Below, piece by piece: positions 35,700-48,440 of a stretch of DNA of 64,000 bases. Source of the DNA: Callorhinchus milii (taxonomy: Eukaryota). The stretch covers positions 76,634,001 through 76,698,000 of the forward strand of contig NW_024704742.1 in NCBI RefSeq assembly GCF_018977255.1, given 5' to 3'. The position numbers and the translations under genes were made by a program. Numbering within the stretch: position 1 is the stretch's first letter; each line of letters opens with the position of its first letter. The notes below the pieces were generated by a model. That model was not told where the DNA came from, ran no database searches, and saw nothing but the letters and a program-made list of their open reading frames with translations.

Positions 35700-38357
35700 G
35701 TGAAAGTTTTCGTCTTTTGATAATCTTCCATGGCATGGGGATATTGATATTCTCCGACATGGGGCTTGAACCACCGTGGCGGTGGTGTAGTACTCATCTC
35801 CAGGGTGTCACTTGTCCTATCCCCCACTCTACTGGCTCATTCACCACTTTTGAACACCCTCCCATCTCTCACTAAAAATTCTCCTAATTTACCGCCCCCC
35901 AAAATCCTTCCCACCTTCATCTCTGACACCTCCACCCGTCTAGCTTCCCTCTGCCTCTGCTCCGACTACCTCATCGTCCTAGGCGACTTCAACCTCCACT
36001 TCACCCACTCTTGATCCACCTCCTCAGACTTCTCCTGTTTCCTCTCCTCTCTCAACCTCTGCCTCCACATCCACTCTGCTACCCACACCCACGATCACCC
36101 GCTTGACTTGGTGATCACGAGGGGTCTCAGCATCTCGGATGTCACCATCACTGACAAGGCCATCTCTGACCACCATTTCATCTTCCTCAACTCCTATATC
36201 CCTCTCCCCACAGCCTTCAAACCTACCACCATCTTCTACCGCCCATGGAAGAAGATCTTCCAGCAATCCATCTCCGCTGCCCTGGAGTCCTCTGAACTCC
36301 TCCCCCTCTGGCCCACCTCCTGCACCTACCCATCCTCTGCGTTTACGCTTCTCCACAGAACCCTTTCCACCACACTCGACGTCCTTGCTCCCCTCACCTC
36401 CCGAACTGCCTCCTATTCCTGATCCTCACCCTGGTTCACCAGCCAACTCTGCTTGCTCAAGGGCCAGGTGCGGGCTGCCGAACGCACGTGGCTCAAATCC
36501 GGCCTAACTGTCCACCACCACATCTGGCTGGACCACATCAAAACCTATCGCTCCGCTCTCGCCTCGGCCAAATCGTCCTTCTACTTCAGGTTAATCCTGG
36601 AGGCGAAGGGCAACCCCAGGCTACTATTCTCCAACAACAACTGGCTCCCCCGCCCTCCCCACCATGCCTCACAGATTCTTTCCTCCAACTCCCACTGCGA
36701 GGAAATGCTGGACTTCCTCAAGTCCAAAATCAAGGGAATCCGCTCAGCTCCCACTGCCCTCCCAACTTCCTATCTTTCCTATTCCCCTCCCTACCCTCCC
36801 CAACACCCTGATCACTACCCATCCCTCCTTCCACACCTTTGAACCTGTCATCTCCTGCTCTGTCATCACCAGCATATCCTCCATGACACTCACCACCTGC
36901 TCCCTGGACCCCATCCACACCCCTCTCCTTAAATCCCAGCTCCACCTCCTTGCCCCACTACTCGCCGACATCATCAACCTCTCTCTGTCATCTGGCACTC
37001 TTTCTCAAAACTCCCTCAAAACAGCTATTATCACCCCCACCTTGGAGAAACCTTCCCTTGACCCATCACAGGTATCTAGCTATCGGCCCATCTCCCACTT
37101 CCCTTTTCTGTTTAAGGTCCTTGAAAGAGCCGTCACCTCCAGGCTTTCCTGTTTCCTCTCCTCCCACTCCCTCCATGAGCCCCTCCAATTGCTCTGATAA
37201 AGGTCACAAATGTCATCCTGACCATGTGTGGACAGGACTCCCTCTGCCTCCTCATCCTCCTCGACATATCCGCCGCCTTTGATACTGTGGACCACTCAAT
37301 CCTCCTTCACCGCCTCACCTTCCACCTCAACCTTCAAGGTTCTGTCCTTGACTGGTTCAGGTCCTACCTTTCTCACCGCCTCCACTTCGTCGCGGCAAAC
37401 GGCTTCTCCTCCAGCCCCCGCACCGAATCGTGCGGTGTTCCTCAGGACTCTGTTCTCGGTCCCTCCTCTTCACCCTCTACATGATCCCCCTTGGTGACAT
37501 CAACCGCAGACATGGGAAAAATTTCCACATGTATGCGATGATACCCAACTCTACCTTTCTGCCTCTACCCTGAACTCCAGGACTACTGGCATCCTGACCA
37601 GTAGGTCCTGATGCCTGATGCCTGTCCGACATCAAATCCTGGACGAGGGACAACTTTCTCCAACTGAACGTCAGCAAGACCAAGGCCCTCCTGATTGGCT
37701 CGCACCAGCGCCTCCACACCTGCCTCACCCCTCAGGCTGCCGAAACCCTCACCCTCGCATTCGTCACATCAAGGCTCGATTATGGAAACTCCCTTCTCAT
37801 CGGCCTTCCCAACTCTTCCCTTCACAAGCTGAAGATATCCAAAACTCTGCAGCTCGTGTACTCTTGCGCATCAGGCTCCGTGACCCCATCACTCCCACCC
37901 TCGCCCGAATCCACTGGCTCCCCATCCCTCAGAGAATCGAATTCAAGATCCTCGTCCTCATTTTCAAGGCCATCCATGGCCTTGTCCCTCCTACCTCTCT
38001 GACCTGCTGACTCCTTACCAACCTGCCCGCTCCCTCCATTCAGTGGGCTCTGGCCTGCTCCATGTCTCCCACCCGACTCGCCTACCATCATTGGCCAGGC
38101 TTTCAGCCTCTCTGCCCCCACACTCTGGAACTCCATCCCACAGCCCTTCCCCTCGCTTTCTCCCTTGTCTCCTTCAAGGCCGGTCTCAAGACCCTTCTCT
38201 TCGATTGTGCCTTCAGTCCCCTTCCCACTTTTCTGCCTTCCTTCACCCCTACCCCACCCCTCCCCCTTGCTCGGGTCCTGACCCTGACTGTCCAGCACCT
38301 TGGGATGTCCTCCCGACGTGAAATGTGCTCTAGAAATGTAATTTTGTTGTTGTTGTT
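35700..38357 (+). mobile_element. L2-clade LINE, longest copy (APE endonuclease plus RT), frameshifted
   Basis: RGGGV, VLGDFN and ISDHH endonuclease motifs; YRPISHFPFLFKVLE, LDISAAFDTVDH and CGVPQDSVLGP RT motifs; (TTG)n tail; colinear with 6490-9157. Confidence 0.92.
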
Positions 38358-38716
38358 GAACCCACAACATTCAGACTCAGAGGCAAGATGCTTTCAACTG
38401 ATCATGGCTGTCATTCTGATCAAGGCTAATTCCATAGTCAAACCTATTTTAATTATGAATCAGGTAGCTCTGAGGAGAAGATTAGGCAGCTCCACAGAGA
38501 GAGAGTGTCCATTCCATTTTAAATTTGGGAATTTCCGTGTAAAGATTGCATGAATGGAACTCAAACAGTTTAATTTAGATATTCTTATGCATGGTCTGTG
38601 TTTCTGCATGTCTCAGACCAAAATAAAGGGACAGAGAAGATGGCAAACATTATTCAAAGCAGAGAATTTGCAGGAATAAACACTAATGAAATGCGAATAT
38701 TCTTCAGAAATGTCTT

Positions 38717-38794
38717 GAAATCTGCTGAAAGTAAGCTTTCAAGACCTACTTTTAGCAGTAAGTAAGTCTTGAAAATTTACTTTCAGCAGATTTC
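38717..38794. repeat. Near-perfect 78-bp hairpin/palindrome
   Basis: gaaatctgctgaaagtaagctttcaagacctactt pairs with aagtaagtcttgaaaatttactttcagcagatttc; 3 mismatches; 8-nt loop. Confidence 0.9.
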
Positions 38795-39509
38795 CACTGT
38801 CTATGGAAATCTCTACAAGACATTATTCTATATAAGTAGCACTATATATTATAATAATAACCTTTGCATTTGATATATCTTATCGTGTCCTAGAAACGTT
38901 TGAAAACGCTTTAAAGAATATATTGTAAAGTGGTGTGTTGTATTTTGTGGGCAAACCCAGCAGCAAATTTAATCACAGCAATGTCCCAAAACAGCTGTGG
39001 AATGAGTAACCAATATATAAATTAAAGTTGTGTTTTTATATTCTTCAATCTACTCTATTTATATTCTCAAATCTGCCCTATTTCACAAGATTTATCCTAT
39101 TAGCAATAAATGTAACTTCCATACAGGAACCACAGCCTGTAAGCCTTGATGGTTGCTGATCCATGGTGTTTCTTTCAGACTGAGAAAAAAGTGGAAATTG
39201 CCTACTTTGAGATAATGTGTTGAATGTAAATGTCACCTAGCATTTACTACATTAGCATGTCCTGTGCCCACATTAGACACTTTAGCAAGAGAGCAATGAC
39301 GCAGACAGGGAGAACACTGAAAAAAGAACAGGGAGAAACAGTCTTTTTATAAAGAAAGGAAGAATTAAAGGACCTGAAATAAGGACTTCTGTACCCACAC
39401 AAGATTTCTTACTGAAGCCAGAGAGTCAATAACTACAGAGTGAGAGCTGAATCGGCTATGTAAGTGTTTACTGAAGTATAACAGGGTATACTCAAAGGGA
39501 ATACTCAGC

Positions 39510-39680
39510 AAACAAAACACAAAATACTGTAGATGCTGGAAATCTGAAAACAAAAACATAAGTCGCTGGAACACTCAGCAGGTCAGGCAGCATCTATAGA
39601 GAAAGGAAGTGAGTCAATGTTTCAAAACGTTGATTCACTTTCTTTTCTCCATAGATGCTGCCTGACCTGCTGAGTGTTCT
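39510..39680. mobile_element. Palindromic element resembling a collapsed Penelope-like inverted terminal repeat
   Basis: Arms gaacactcagcaggtcaggcagcatctat / atagatgctgcctgacctgctgagtgttc (39569-39679); related partial copy at about 48765-48875. The family assignment is from recognition, not from a search. Confidence 0.55.
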
Positions 39681-39779
39681 AATATTCAGCAAAGCTCTCT
39701 TGTGTTTGCTCACAACCGGAATGGGTTGAGACGCTTGACTGCTTGTGTTTAGTGTTTGTTTTCAAATCACTTCATTCCT

Positions 39780-40483
39780 TGTATTTCCCTACCTATCCGA
39801 CCTGCTTACCCCCCAATCCACCACGCTCTGCCTCCGCTCGGCTGGCACCGGCCTCCTCCTGATTTTCCCTCCTGACCTCTGCTCCATCATCGGTGGCCAT
39901 GCCTTCAGCCACTACGCCCTGAAACTCTGGAACTCTCTCCCTCGATCCCTCCACCTTGATTCCTTCCTCTCCACCTTCAAATTCTGCCGAAAGACCTTCC
40001 ATTATGATCGTGTTTACGGTCACCTCCCCCCTCCCTCTCCCCTTGGCCTATTATCAGACTCTGCCACTGTGAAGCACTCCAGGACTCTATCCGTGTGAAG
40101 GGTGCTATACAAATGCAAATTATTGTTGTTGAGTCCTGTAGCATATTGGTTAGAGCAAATGCCTTGTAAACGAGAGGACCTGGGTTTGTTTCTCGGGCGA
40201 AACCTTAGACAAGTTTCCTTACTCTTTACACCTCTGTCTACCTAGCAGTAAGTAGAAACCCAGTTGTTAGTCGATTGACGGATCGCTTTCCAGGGGTAAC
40301 AATCCTTCNAAAAAAAATTGGTTACACAATCCACGACTGTTTGTGGGATACTACTGTGTGCAATTCACTGCCGTGTTTTGCCCACAAAATACACTCAATT
40401 CACTTTACAGTATATTCTGTGAAGCTCTTTGCGATGTCTCTAACCAATAAGATGCTACATCAAATGCAAGGATTATTATTATA
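39780..40483 (+). mobile_element. Degraded L2 3' fragment (39780-40130) followed directly by a tRNA-SINE (40129-40483)
   Basis: IGGHAFSHYALKLWNSLP motif; SINE head gagtcctgtagcatattggttagagca; a single N at 40309. Confidence 0.75.
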
Positions 40484-43336
40484 AGTATTATTATGTGCCA
40501 GCTAAGAACCAGGTAGGTAATGAGTAATGACTGCAATACAGTCCTGATAGGTTTCATTCTACGCGACGAGTTAGAATCAGATTACAATGTTAGGTTGCAG
40601 CCTACCTCCGAATAAATTTATGTAGAACCAGTTGTGAAATACCCTGAGGCTCCTGTTGGTAAGATGACACGCATTTGCACAGTAGGGCAGAATCTAAAAC
40701 ATCAGAAGACTTATAGCTGTGTTCAACTAGCAAGCAGCAATGCTCTTTTCTGACCAAGGACCATCCCCAAAATCCCCGACAAGTTTATATGGTACAGCAA
40801 TGCCCAAACCATATTGTTGACCTGAAGGAAGTGGAACGGGGGGAAGGGAAGATCAAACTACCAGCCCTGGCAATGAAAATACAGCGACCACCATGCCCAA
40901 TGACTGCTTTTCTGTCTATTGCCTCCAGAAACAGAATGAATAGTGATAAGTACTTCAGGGACAACAACCTGCACCTTAATAATAATCCTAGCATTTGATA
41001 TAGTGCCTTATCACGTCCTTGAGATGTCTCAATATATATTGTTCAAAGTGTATTGACTATATTTTGTGCACAAAACCTTTTTATTGAAGTGCTGCACCGA
41101 AGCCCGGTTTAATAGCAGGGACATTGCTGTAATATAAATGGGGGATTGGCTACATTCTGCAAATGAGTAAGACTTAATACATTTGGCTACCGTCTTCTAT
41201 ATTAATAATTTCTTTGTCATTCAATCCAGTGTAAAACTTTCACTGTCGTCAATCATAATCTCATATGTCAGCCCAGTTCAGGTGGTAGAACTCTGGCCTC
41301 AGACTCAGAAGGTTGTGGATTTAAGCCCTGCGACAGACTTTGAACTCATATAGTATATACTGTACACGAGAGATTGCTGCGTGCAAATTGGCTGTCGATT
41401 TGCCTACAGGTACACATTACAGTATATCCTGTGAAGCGCTTTGAGACATCCCAATGCTCCAAATGTGAAAGGTGCCGTAACAAATATTATTATTATTATT
41501 ATCTTGAAAGTAGTTAAAGGGAATTAACTGCTAACTTTAGACCATCAGTGTCCCTAAAAAACTTGTAGATCATACAGACTTCACAAATATACTTACAAAA
41601 TGTTCATAATCAACTTTTGCACTGCTTAAATGCATTTGGTGGTCATTTGTTTCACTTGAACAATCACTGTAAAGAACGCAAAAGAGATTTTTGCAGTTAA
41701 CGCCTTGGTGTTTTGTCATCAGTAAGAATGGGGTTGCTGTATTGTACAATATTCCCCTTTTGTAGAAAGATGCACTATGCTTTACAGCACCAATTACAGT
41801 AGTGGCTTTATTAACCAAACTTAATAAAATAAGCAGAAAAATAAACTTTAAAAAAAGTTTTAAAAATAATCAAACTCAAAGAGAATGAAATAATGTATCT
41901 AATGCAAAATATTAAAACCTTGTAAAATAAAGCATTGCAGAACTATTTGAGAATAATAACAGGAGGCATTATTGAGGCTGAGGATCAAGGTTGACACTTA
42001 GGAATGCATGAGTGAAAATATAAATTCTCAGGGACACAAAGTAGATGTAATTAAAGCAAATAAAGAGTTTGAAACCCATAACCCTTTGAAGATGAGCAAA
42101 TATGCCATTCGCACAAATTAAAATCAAAGAATTGGCAGGGAATTGGATAACTGGATATGACTAAGATGTACTTTGAAACATTGTTGCAGTAAATGGATTG
42201 ATGCTTCTAGGATAAGTTGTATTTCCAGTAACTAAATGAAAATAGCAGTAAATCAGGCCTCGGTTAGAATTATTGCTTGTTGGTATTCCTCTGTGGGACA
42301 TAAAGTATTGGCAGTTCCATCCTGAATTCAGTGTTCAACGATGCACAGCAAGTATTACACAGTAATGGAGTTAATGAACTGGAGTTCCTGGAGAAGATTA
42401 TGCAAATGATATAATTTCCTTTGGAGCTACAGGTGAAGCACACAGGGGTAAAACAATTTGCATTCATTTTATTTCACTTAGAGCAGAATTGAAATGTACA
42501 GTCCTGACTCAGTCCTAAATGTACAATATGCAGCAGAAAATCCGATAGCCAAGCTAATAGAGATCCCTTATGGATTGTGACTATGAAAACAATGAAGTTA
42601 TCACTCAAAATCAAATGTGCAGCATTGTAATTATCTTGAATTCGACCCAAAACATTGTAAAACATGTAGTACTCTATATTGAAGTAAACGTACATACAAT
42701 ACAGAAAAATTAAAGTGTACTTCACAATAAATAAGTGTAAAAGATTGATTGAAATCACATTCCACTCGATCACAACATTTACGTGTAAAACAATAATTTG
42801 CTTTTGGATACTCTTAAGCAAGGTGATGAGTTCATGGATGTATCAGCTTGCCAGCCGATCATATGTGCATGGGCAATAAAGGATATTTGGTGCAAAATAG
42901 AAGACATTACAGGAAAATACTGTACTCCAGGGTGCTTAGGTAGAAACGTAAGCGAAAACTGTCTGTTTTATCTTCTGAAAATGTTTTCCAAGTGAAGTCT
43001 AACACTTAACTGTGATTGAGCAGGCATGCCTTATCTGACGTGTGGATAGTGGGTTCTCTCCTGTATTTATTTTTCTTCTATGTTCAGTTCAATTGAATGT
43101 GTAATTAACTAACAGAAGCTTGAACATCTGCTGGCTTTCCCCATCTATGTACGTGAAGCTGATTATTTTGGTCAGCCAGGCGTATGACATATGCTGCAAC
43201 CCATCACCACACCTCCATGTATTACAGCACCTTGAGATGTCTTCCCAACGTGAAAGGTGCTATACAAATGTAATTTTGTTATTATTTAAATAATAGTCCT
43301 TGCTTTTTGATAGAGCCTCATCACGTCGTTGAGACC

Positions 43337-45760
43337 TCTCTCTCTGACACACTCCCTCTCTCTCTCTCTGACACACTCCCTCTCCCTCTCTCTCTGACAC
43401 ACTCCCTCTCTCTCCCTCTCTCTGACACACTCCCTCTCTCTCTCTCTCTGACACACTCCCTCTCTCTCTCCCTCTCTCTCTGACACACTCCCTCTCTCTC
43501 TCTGACACACTCCCTCTCTCTCTCCCTCTGACACACTCCCTCTCTCTCTGACACACTCCCTCTCTCTCTCTCTCTGACACACTCCCTCTCTCTCTCTCTG
43601 ACACACTCCCTCTCTCTCTCTCTCTGACACACTCCCTCTCTCCCTCTCCCTCTGACACACTCCCTCTCTCCCTCTCTCTCTGACACACTCCCTCTCTCTC
43701 CCTCTCTCTGACACACTCCCTCTCTCTCCCTCTCTCTGACACACTCCCTCTCTCTCTCCCTCTCTCTCTGACACACTCAACAACAACAACAAGATTCCAT
43801 TTATAAAGCGCCTTTCACGTCGGGAGGATGTCCCAAGGCGCTGCACAGTTGGGTCAGGACCCAAGGAGGGGGGAAATGGTCAGGGTGAGGGGAGGGAAGG
43901 GAGGGAGCGAGGAGGGGGTAGAGAGTCGAGAGGGGAGCTGAAGGCTCGGTCAAAGAGAAAGGTCTTGAGACCGGCCTTGAAGGAGGAAAGGGAGGAAGCG
44001 GCGAAGGCACTGGGGGGTAGAGTTCCAGAGCCTGGGGGCTGAGAGGCTGAAGGCCCGGCCACCGATGGTAGGGCGGTTGGGGCGGGGGACGTGGAGCAGA
44101 CCGGAGCCAGAGGAACGGAGGGTACGGGCAGGTAAGTAGGAGGATAGTAGGTTGGAGAGGTAGGAGGGAGCGAGGCCGTGAATGGCCTTGTAGGTGAGGG
44201 TGAGGATCTTGAAATCAATCCTCTGGGGGATGGGGAGCCAGTGGAGGCGAGCGAGGGTGGGAGTGATGTGGTCGCGGTGCCTGGTGCGGGACAGTACACG
44301 AGCTGCAGAGTTCTGAATGACCTGCAGTGTGGAGGGAGGTGCCGGGAAGGCCGACGAGGAGAGAGTTCCCATAGTCCAGCCTTGAGGTGACAAAGGCGTG
44401 GACCAGAGTTTCAGCGGCGTGAGGGGTGAGGTAATGCCGGGAGCACTCCCTCTCTCTCTGACACACTCCCTCTCTCTCTCTCTCTGACACACTCCCTCTC
44501 TCTCTCTCTGACACACTCCCTCTCTCTCTCTCTCTGACACACTCCCTCTCTCCCTCTCTCTGACACACTCCCTCTCTCTCTCTCTCTGACACACTCCCTC
44601 TCTCTCTCTCTCTCTCTGACACACTCCCTCTCTCCCTCTCTCTCTGACACACTCCCTCTCTCTCTCTCTCTGACACACTCCCTCTCTCTCTCTCTGACAC
44701 ACTCCCTCTCTCTCTCTCTCTCTCTGACACACTCCCTCTCTCCCTCTCTCTCTGACACACTCCCTCTCTCCCTCTCTCTCTGACACACTCCCTCTCTCTC
44801 CCTCTCTCTGACACACTCCATCTCTCTCTCTGACACACTCCCTCTCTCTCTCTGACACACTCCCTCTCTCTCTCTCTGACACACTCCCTCTCCCTCTCTC
44901 TCTGACACACTCCCTCTCTCTCTCCCTCTCTCTGACACACTCCCTCTCTCTGACACTCTCTCTCTCTCTCTCTCTGACACACTCTCTCTCTCTGACACAC
45001 TCCCTCTCTCTCTCTCTCTGACACTCTCTCCCTCTCTCTCTCTGACACACTCTCTCTCTGACACACTCCCTCTCTCTCTGACACTCTCTCCCTCTCTCTG
45101 ACACTCCCTCTCTCTGACACACTCCCTCTCTCTCTCTCTGACACACTCCCTCTCTCTCTCTCTCTGACACACTCCCTCTCTCTCTCCTCTCTCTCTGACA
45201 CACTCCCTCTCTCTCTGACACACTCCCTCTCTCTCTCTCTCTCTCTGACACACTCCCTCTCTCTCTCTCTCTCTGACACACTCTCTCCTCTCTCCTCTCT
45301 CTCTCTCTGACACACTCCCTCTCTCTCTCCCTCTCTCTCTCTGACACACTCTCTCTCTCTCTCTCTGACACACTCTCTCTCTGACACACTCTCTCCCTCT
45401 CTCTCTCTGACACACTCTCTCTCTGACACACTCCCTCTCTCTGACACCCTCTCTCTCTGACACACTCTCTCTGACACACTCCCTCTCTCTCACACTCTCT
45501 CTCTCTGACACTCTCTCTGCTACTCTCTCTCTCTCACTGACACACTCTCTCTCTCTCTCTGACACACTCCCTCTCTCTCTCCCTCTCTCTCTGACACTCT
45601 CTCTCTCTCTGACACACTCTCTCTCTCTCTCTCTCTCTCCGACACACAGTGACACACTCTCTCTCTCTCTCTCTCTCTGACACACTCTCTCTCTCTCTCT
45701 CTCTCCGACACACAGTGACACACTCTCTCTCTCTCTCTCTCTCTCCGACACACAGTGACA

Positions 45761-45793
<33 letters not shown>

Positions 45794-46124
45794 ACACACA
45801 GTGACACACTCTCTCTCTCTCTCTCTCTCTCCGACACACAGTGACACACTCTCTCTCTCTCTCTCTCTCTCTGACACACTCCCTCTCTCTCTCTCTCTCT
45901 GACACACTCCCTCTCTCTCTCCCTCTCTCTGACACACTCCCTCTCTCTCTCTCTGACACACTCCCTCTCTCTCTCCCTCTCTCTCTGACACACTCCCTCT
46001 CTCTCTCTCTCTGACACACTCCCTCTCTCTCTCCCTCTCTCTCTGACACACTCCCTCTCTCTGACACACTCCCTCTCTCTCTCTCTCTGACACACTCCCT
46101 CTCTCTGACACTCCCTCTCTCTGA
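43337..46124. repeat. About 2.8-kb (CT)n-GACACACTCC minisatellite array, interrupted by an L2 insertion
   Basis: Unit approximately ctctctctctgacacactcc with variable CT length; variant ccgacacacagtgacacact subunit at about 45640-45850. Confidence 0.97.
43779..44443 (-). mobile_element. Young 5'-truncated L2 inserted in the minisatellite
   Basis: HAFVTSRLDYGNSLL...LQVIQNSAARVL...LHWLPIPQRIDFK; CpG-rich; (TTG)n tail; flanked by cactc on both sides. Confidence 0.92.
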
Positions 46125-46125
46125 C

Positions 46126-46260
46126 CCGGAAGTTGATCAGTCGGTGTCGGGGTCACTCATTCAGTCGGTGGCGGTGACGAGACTGAGGACCAGAATCAGC
46201 CGCGAGGCCCCGACACCGCCTCCGCCTCCGCCCCGGAGCCCGGACAGAGGCCCCGCGCTG
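46126..46260 (+). promoter_or_regulatory. UBA6: Probable UBA6 core promoter and non-coding first exon (small CpG-rich island)
   Basis: Short CpG-dense unique segment between two arrays; ETS/GABP motif CCGGAAGT at 46126-46133; GC-box-like ccgcc repeats; strong donor CTG|GTGAGT at 46260/46261; no ATG. The link to UBA6 is inferred from position and strand; the TSS is not determined. Confidence 0.7.
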
Positions 46261-46280
46261 GTGAGTCCCCACCCGGAGCC

Positions 46281-48440
46281 CTCACTGCCAGCCCTGCCCC
46301 TCACTGCCAGCCCTGCCCCTCACTGCCCCTCACTGCCAGCCCTGCCCCTCACTGCCAGCCCTGCCCCTCACTGCCAGCCCTGCCCCTCACTGCCAGCCCT
46401 GCCCCTCACTGCCAGCCCTGCCCCTCACTGCCCCTCACTGCCAGCCCTGCCCCTCACTGCCAGCCCTGCCCCTCACTGCCAGCCACTGCCAGCCCTGCCC
46501 CTCACTGCCAGCCCTGCCCCTCACTGCCAGCCCTGCCCTCACTGCCAGCCCTGCCCTCACTGCCAGCCCTGCCCCTCCCTGCCCCTCACTGCCAGCCCTG
46601 CCCCTCACTGCCAGCCCTGCCCCTCACTGCCAGCCCTGCCCCTCACTGCCAGCCCTGCCCCTCACTGCCAGCCCTGCCCCTCACTGCCAGCCCTGCCCCT
46701 CACTGCCAGCCCTGCCCCTCACTGCCAGCCCTGCCCCTCACTGCCAGCCCACTGCCAGCCCTGCCCCTCACTGCCAGCCCTGCCCCTCACTGCCAGCCCT
46801 GCCCCTCACTGCCAGCCCTGCCCCTCACTGCCCCTCACTGCCAGCCCTGCCCCTCACTGCCAGCCCTGCCCCTCACTGCCAGCCCTGCCCCTCACTGCCA
46901 GCCCTGCCCCTCACTGCCAGCCCTGCCCCTCACTGCCAGCCCTGCCCCTCACTGCCAGCCCTGCCCCTCACTGCCCCTCACTGCCAGCCCTGCCCCTCAC
47001 TGCCAGCCCTGCCCCTCACTGCCAGCCCTGTCCCTCACTGCCCTTACTGCCCCTCACTGCCAGCCCTGCCCCTCACTGCCAGCCCTGCCCCTCACTGCCA
47101 GCCCTGTCCCTCACTGCCCCTCACTGCCAACCCTGCCCCTCACTGCCAGCCCTGCCCCTCACTGCCAGCCCTGCCCCTCACTGCCAGCCACTGCCCTCAC
47201 TGCCAGCCACTGCCCTCACTGCCAGCCACTGCCCTCACTGCCAGCCACTGCCAGCCACTGCCCCTCACTGCCAGCCACTGCCCTCACTGCCTCTCACTGC
47301 CAGCCACTCACTGCTAGCCCCTTGCTGCCTGCCTCTCACTGCCAGACTCCCAACACAGACCCTCGTTTCCAGCCCCTCACTGCCAGCCTCTAACACAGCC
47401 ACTAACTGCCCCTCACTGCCAGCAGCTCACTGCGAGCCTCTAACACAGCCCCTCACTGCCTGCCGCTCACTGCCAGCCCTTCACTGCCAGATTCTCACTG
47501 CCAGCCTCTCACTGCCAGCCTCTCACTGCCCCTCACTGCCACTGCCAGCCTCTTGCTGCCAGCCCCTCATTGCCAGCCCCTCACTGTCAGTCTCTCACTG
47601 CCAGCTTCTAACACAGCCACTCACTCCCCTCACTGCCAGATTCTCACTGGCAGCCTCTCACTGCCCCTCACTGCCAGCCCCTCACTGCCAGCCCCTCACT
47701 GCCAGCCTCTCACTGCCAGATTCTCACTGCCAGCTCCTCACTGCCAGCCCCTCACTGCCAGTCCCTCACTGCCAGCTCCTCACTGCCAGCCCCTCACTGC
47801 CAGTCCCTCACTGCCAGCCCCTCACTGCGAGCCTCTAACACAGCCCTTCACTGCAACCCCTCACTGCCAGCCCCCCACTGCCAGCCTCTAACACAGCCCC
47901 TCACTGCGAACCTCTAACACAGCCCCTCACTGCCAGCCTCTGACCCAGCCCCACTGTCAGCCCCTCACTGCTAGCCTCTCATTGCCAGACTCTACCACAG
48001 CACCTCGCTGCCTGCCTCTCACTGCCAGTCTCTAACACAGTCTCTCACTGCCAGCCCCCCACTGCCAGCCCCCCACTGCCAGCCCCCCACTGCCAGCCCC
48101 CACTGCCAGCCCCTCACTGCGAGCCTCTAACACAGCCCCTCACTGCCAGCCCCTCACTGCCAGCCCCTCATTGCCAGCCCCTCATTGCCAGCCTCTCACT
48201 GCCAGCCCCTCATTGCCAGCCCCTCATTGCCAGCCTCTCACTGCCAGCCCCTCATTGCCAGCCCCTCACTGCGAGCCTCTAACACAGCCCCTCACTGCCA
48301 GCCCCCCACTGCCAGCCCCTCATTGCCAGCCCCTCATTGCCAGCCTCTCACTGCCAGCCCCTCATTGCCAGCCCCTCACTGCCAGCCCCTCACTGCCAGC
48401 CCCTCATTGCCAGCCCCTCACTGCGAGCCTCTAACACAGA
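46281..48440. repeat. About 2.2-kb C-rich minisatellite at the start of UBA6 intron 1
   Basis: A 19-bp unit ctcactgccagccctgccc proximally grades into a 14-bp ctcactgccagccc unit with ctctaacacagcc inserts distally. Confidence 0.97.

Noticed and set aside
43260..46156. Long ORFs (up to 581 aa) rich in ERECVR/GVCQRE
   Set aside because: These are translations of the stop-free CT/GA minisatellite and are open in several frames; there is no coding signal.
46144..47838. 564-aa Pro/Cys/His-rich ORF
   Set aside because: It starts at GTG, runs through a strong splice donor and translates the 19/14-bp minisatellite.
28875..48440. CRISPR-like arrays
   Set aside because: The context is eukaryotic, the repeats have no unique spacers and there are no cas genes.
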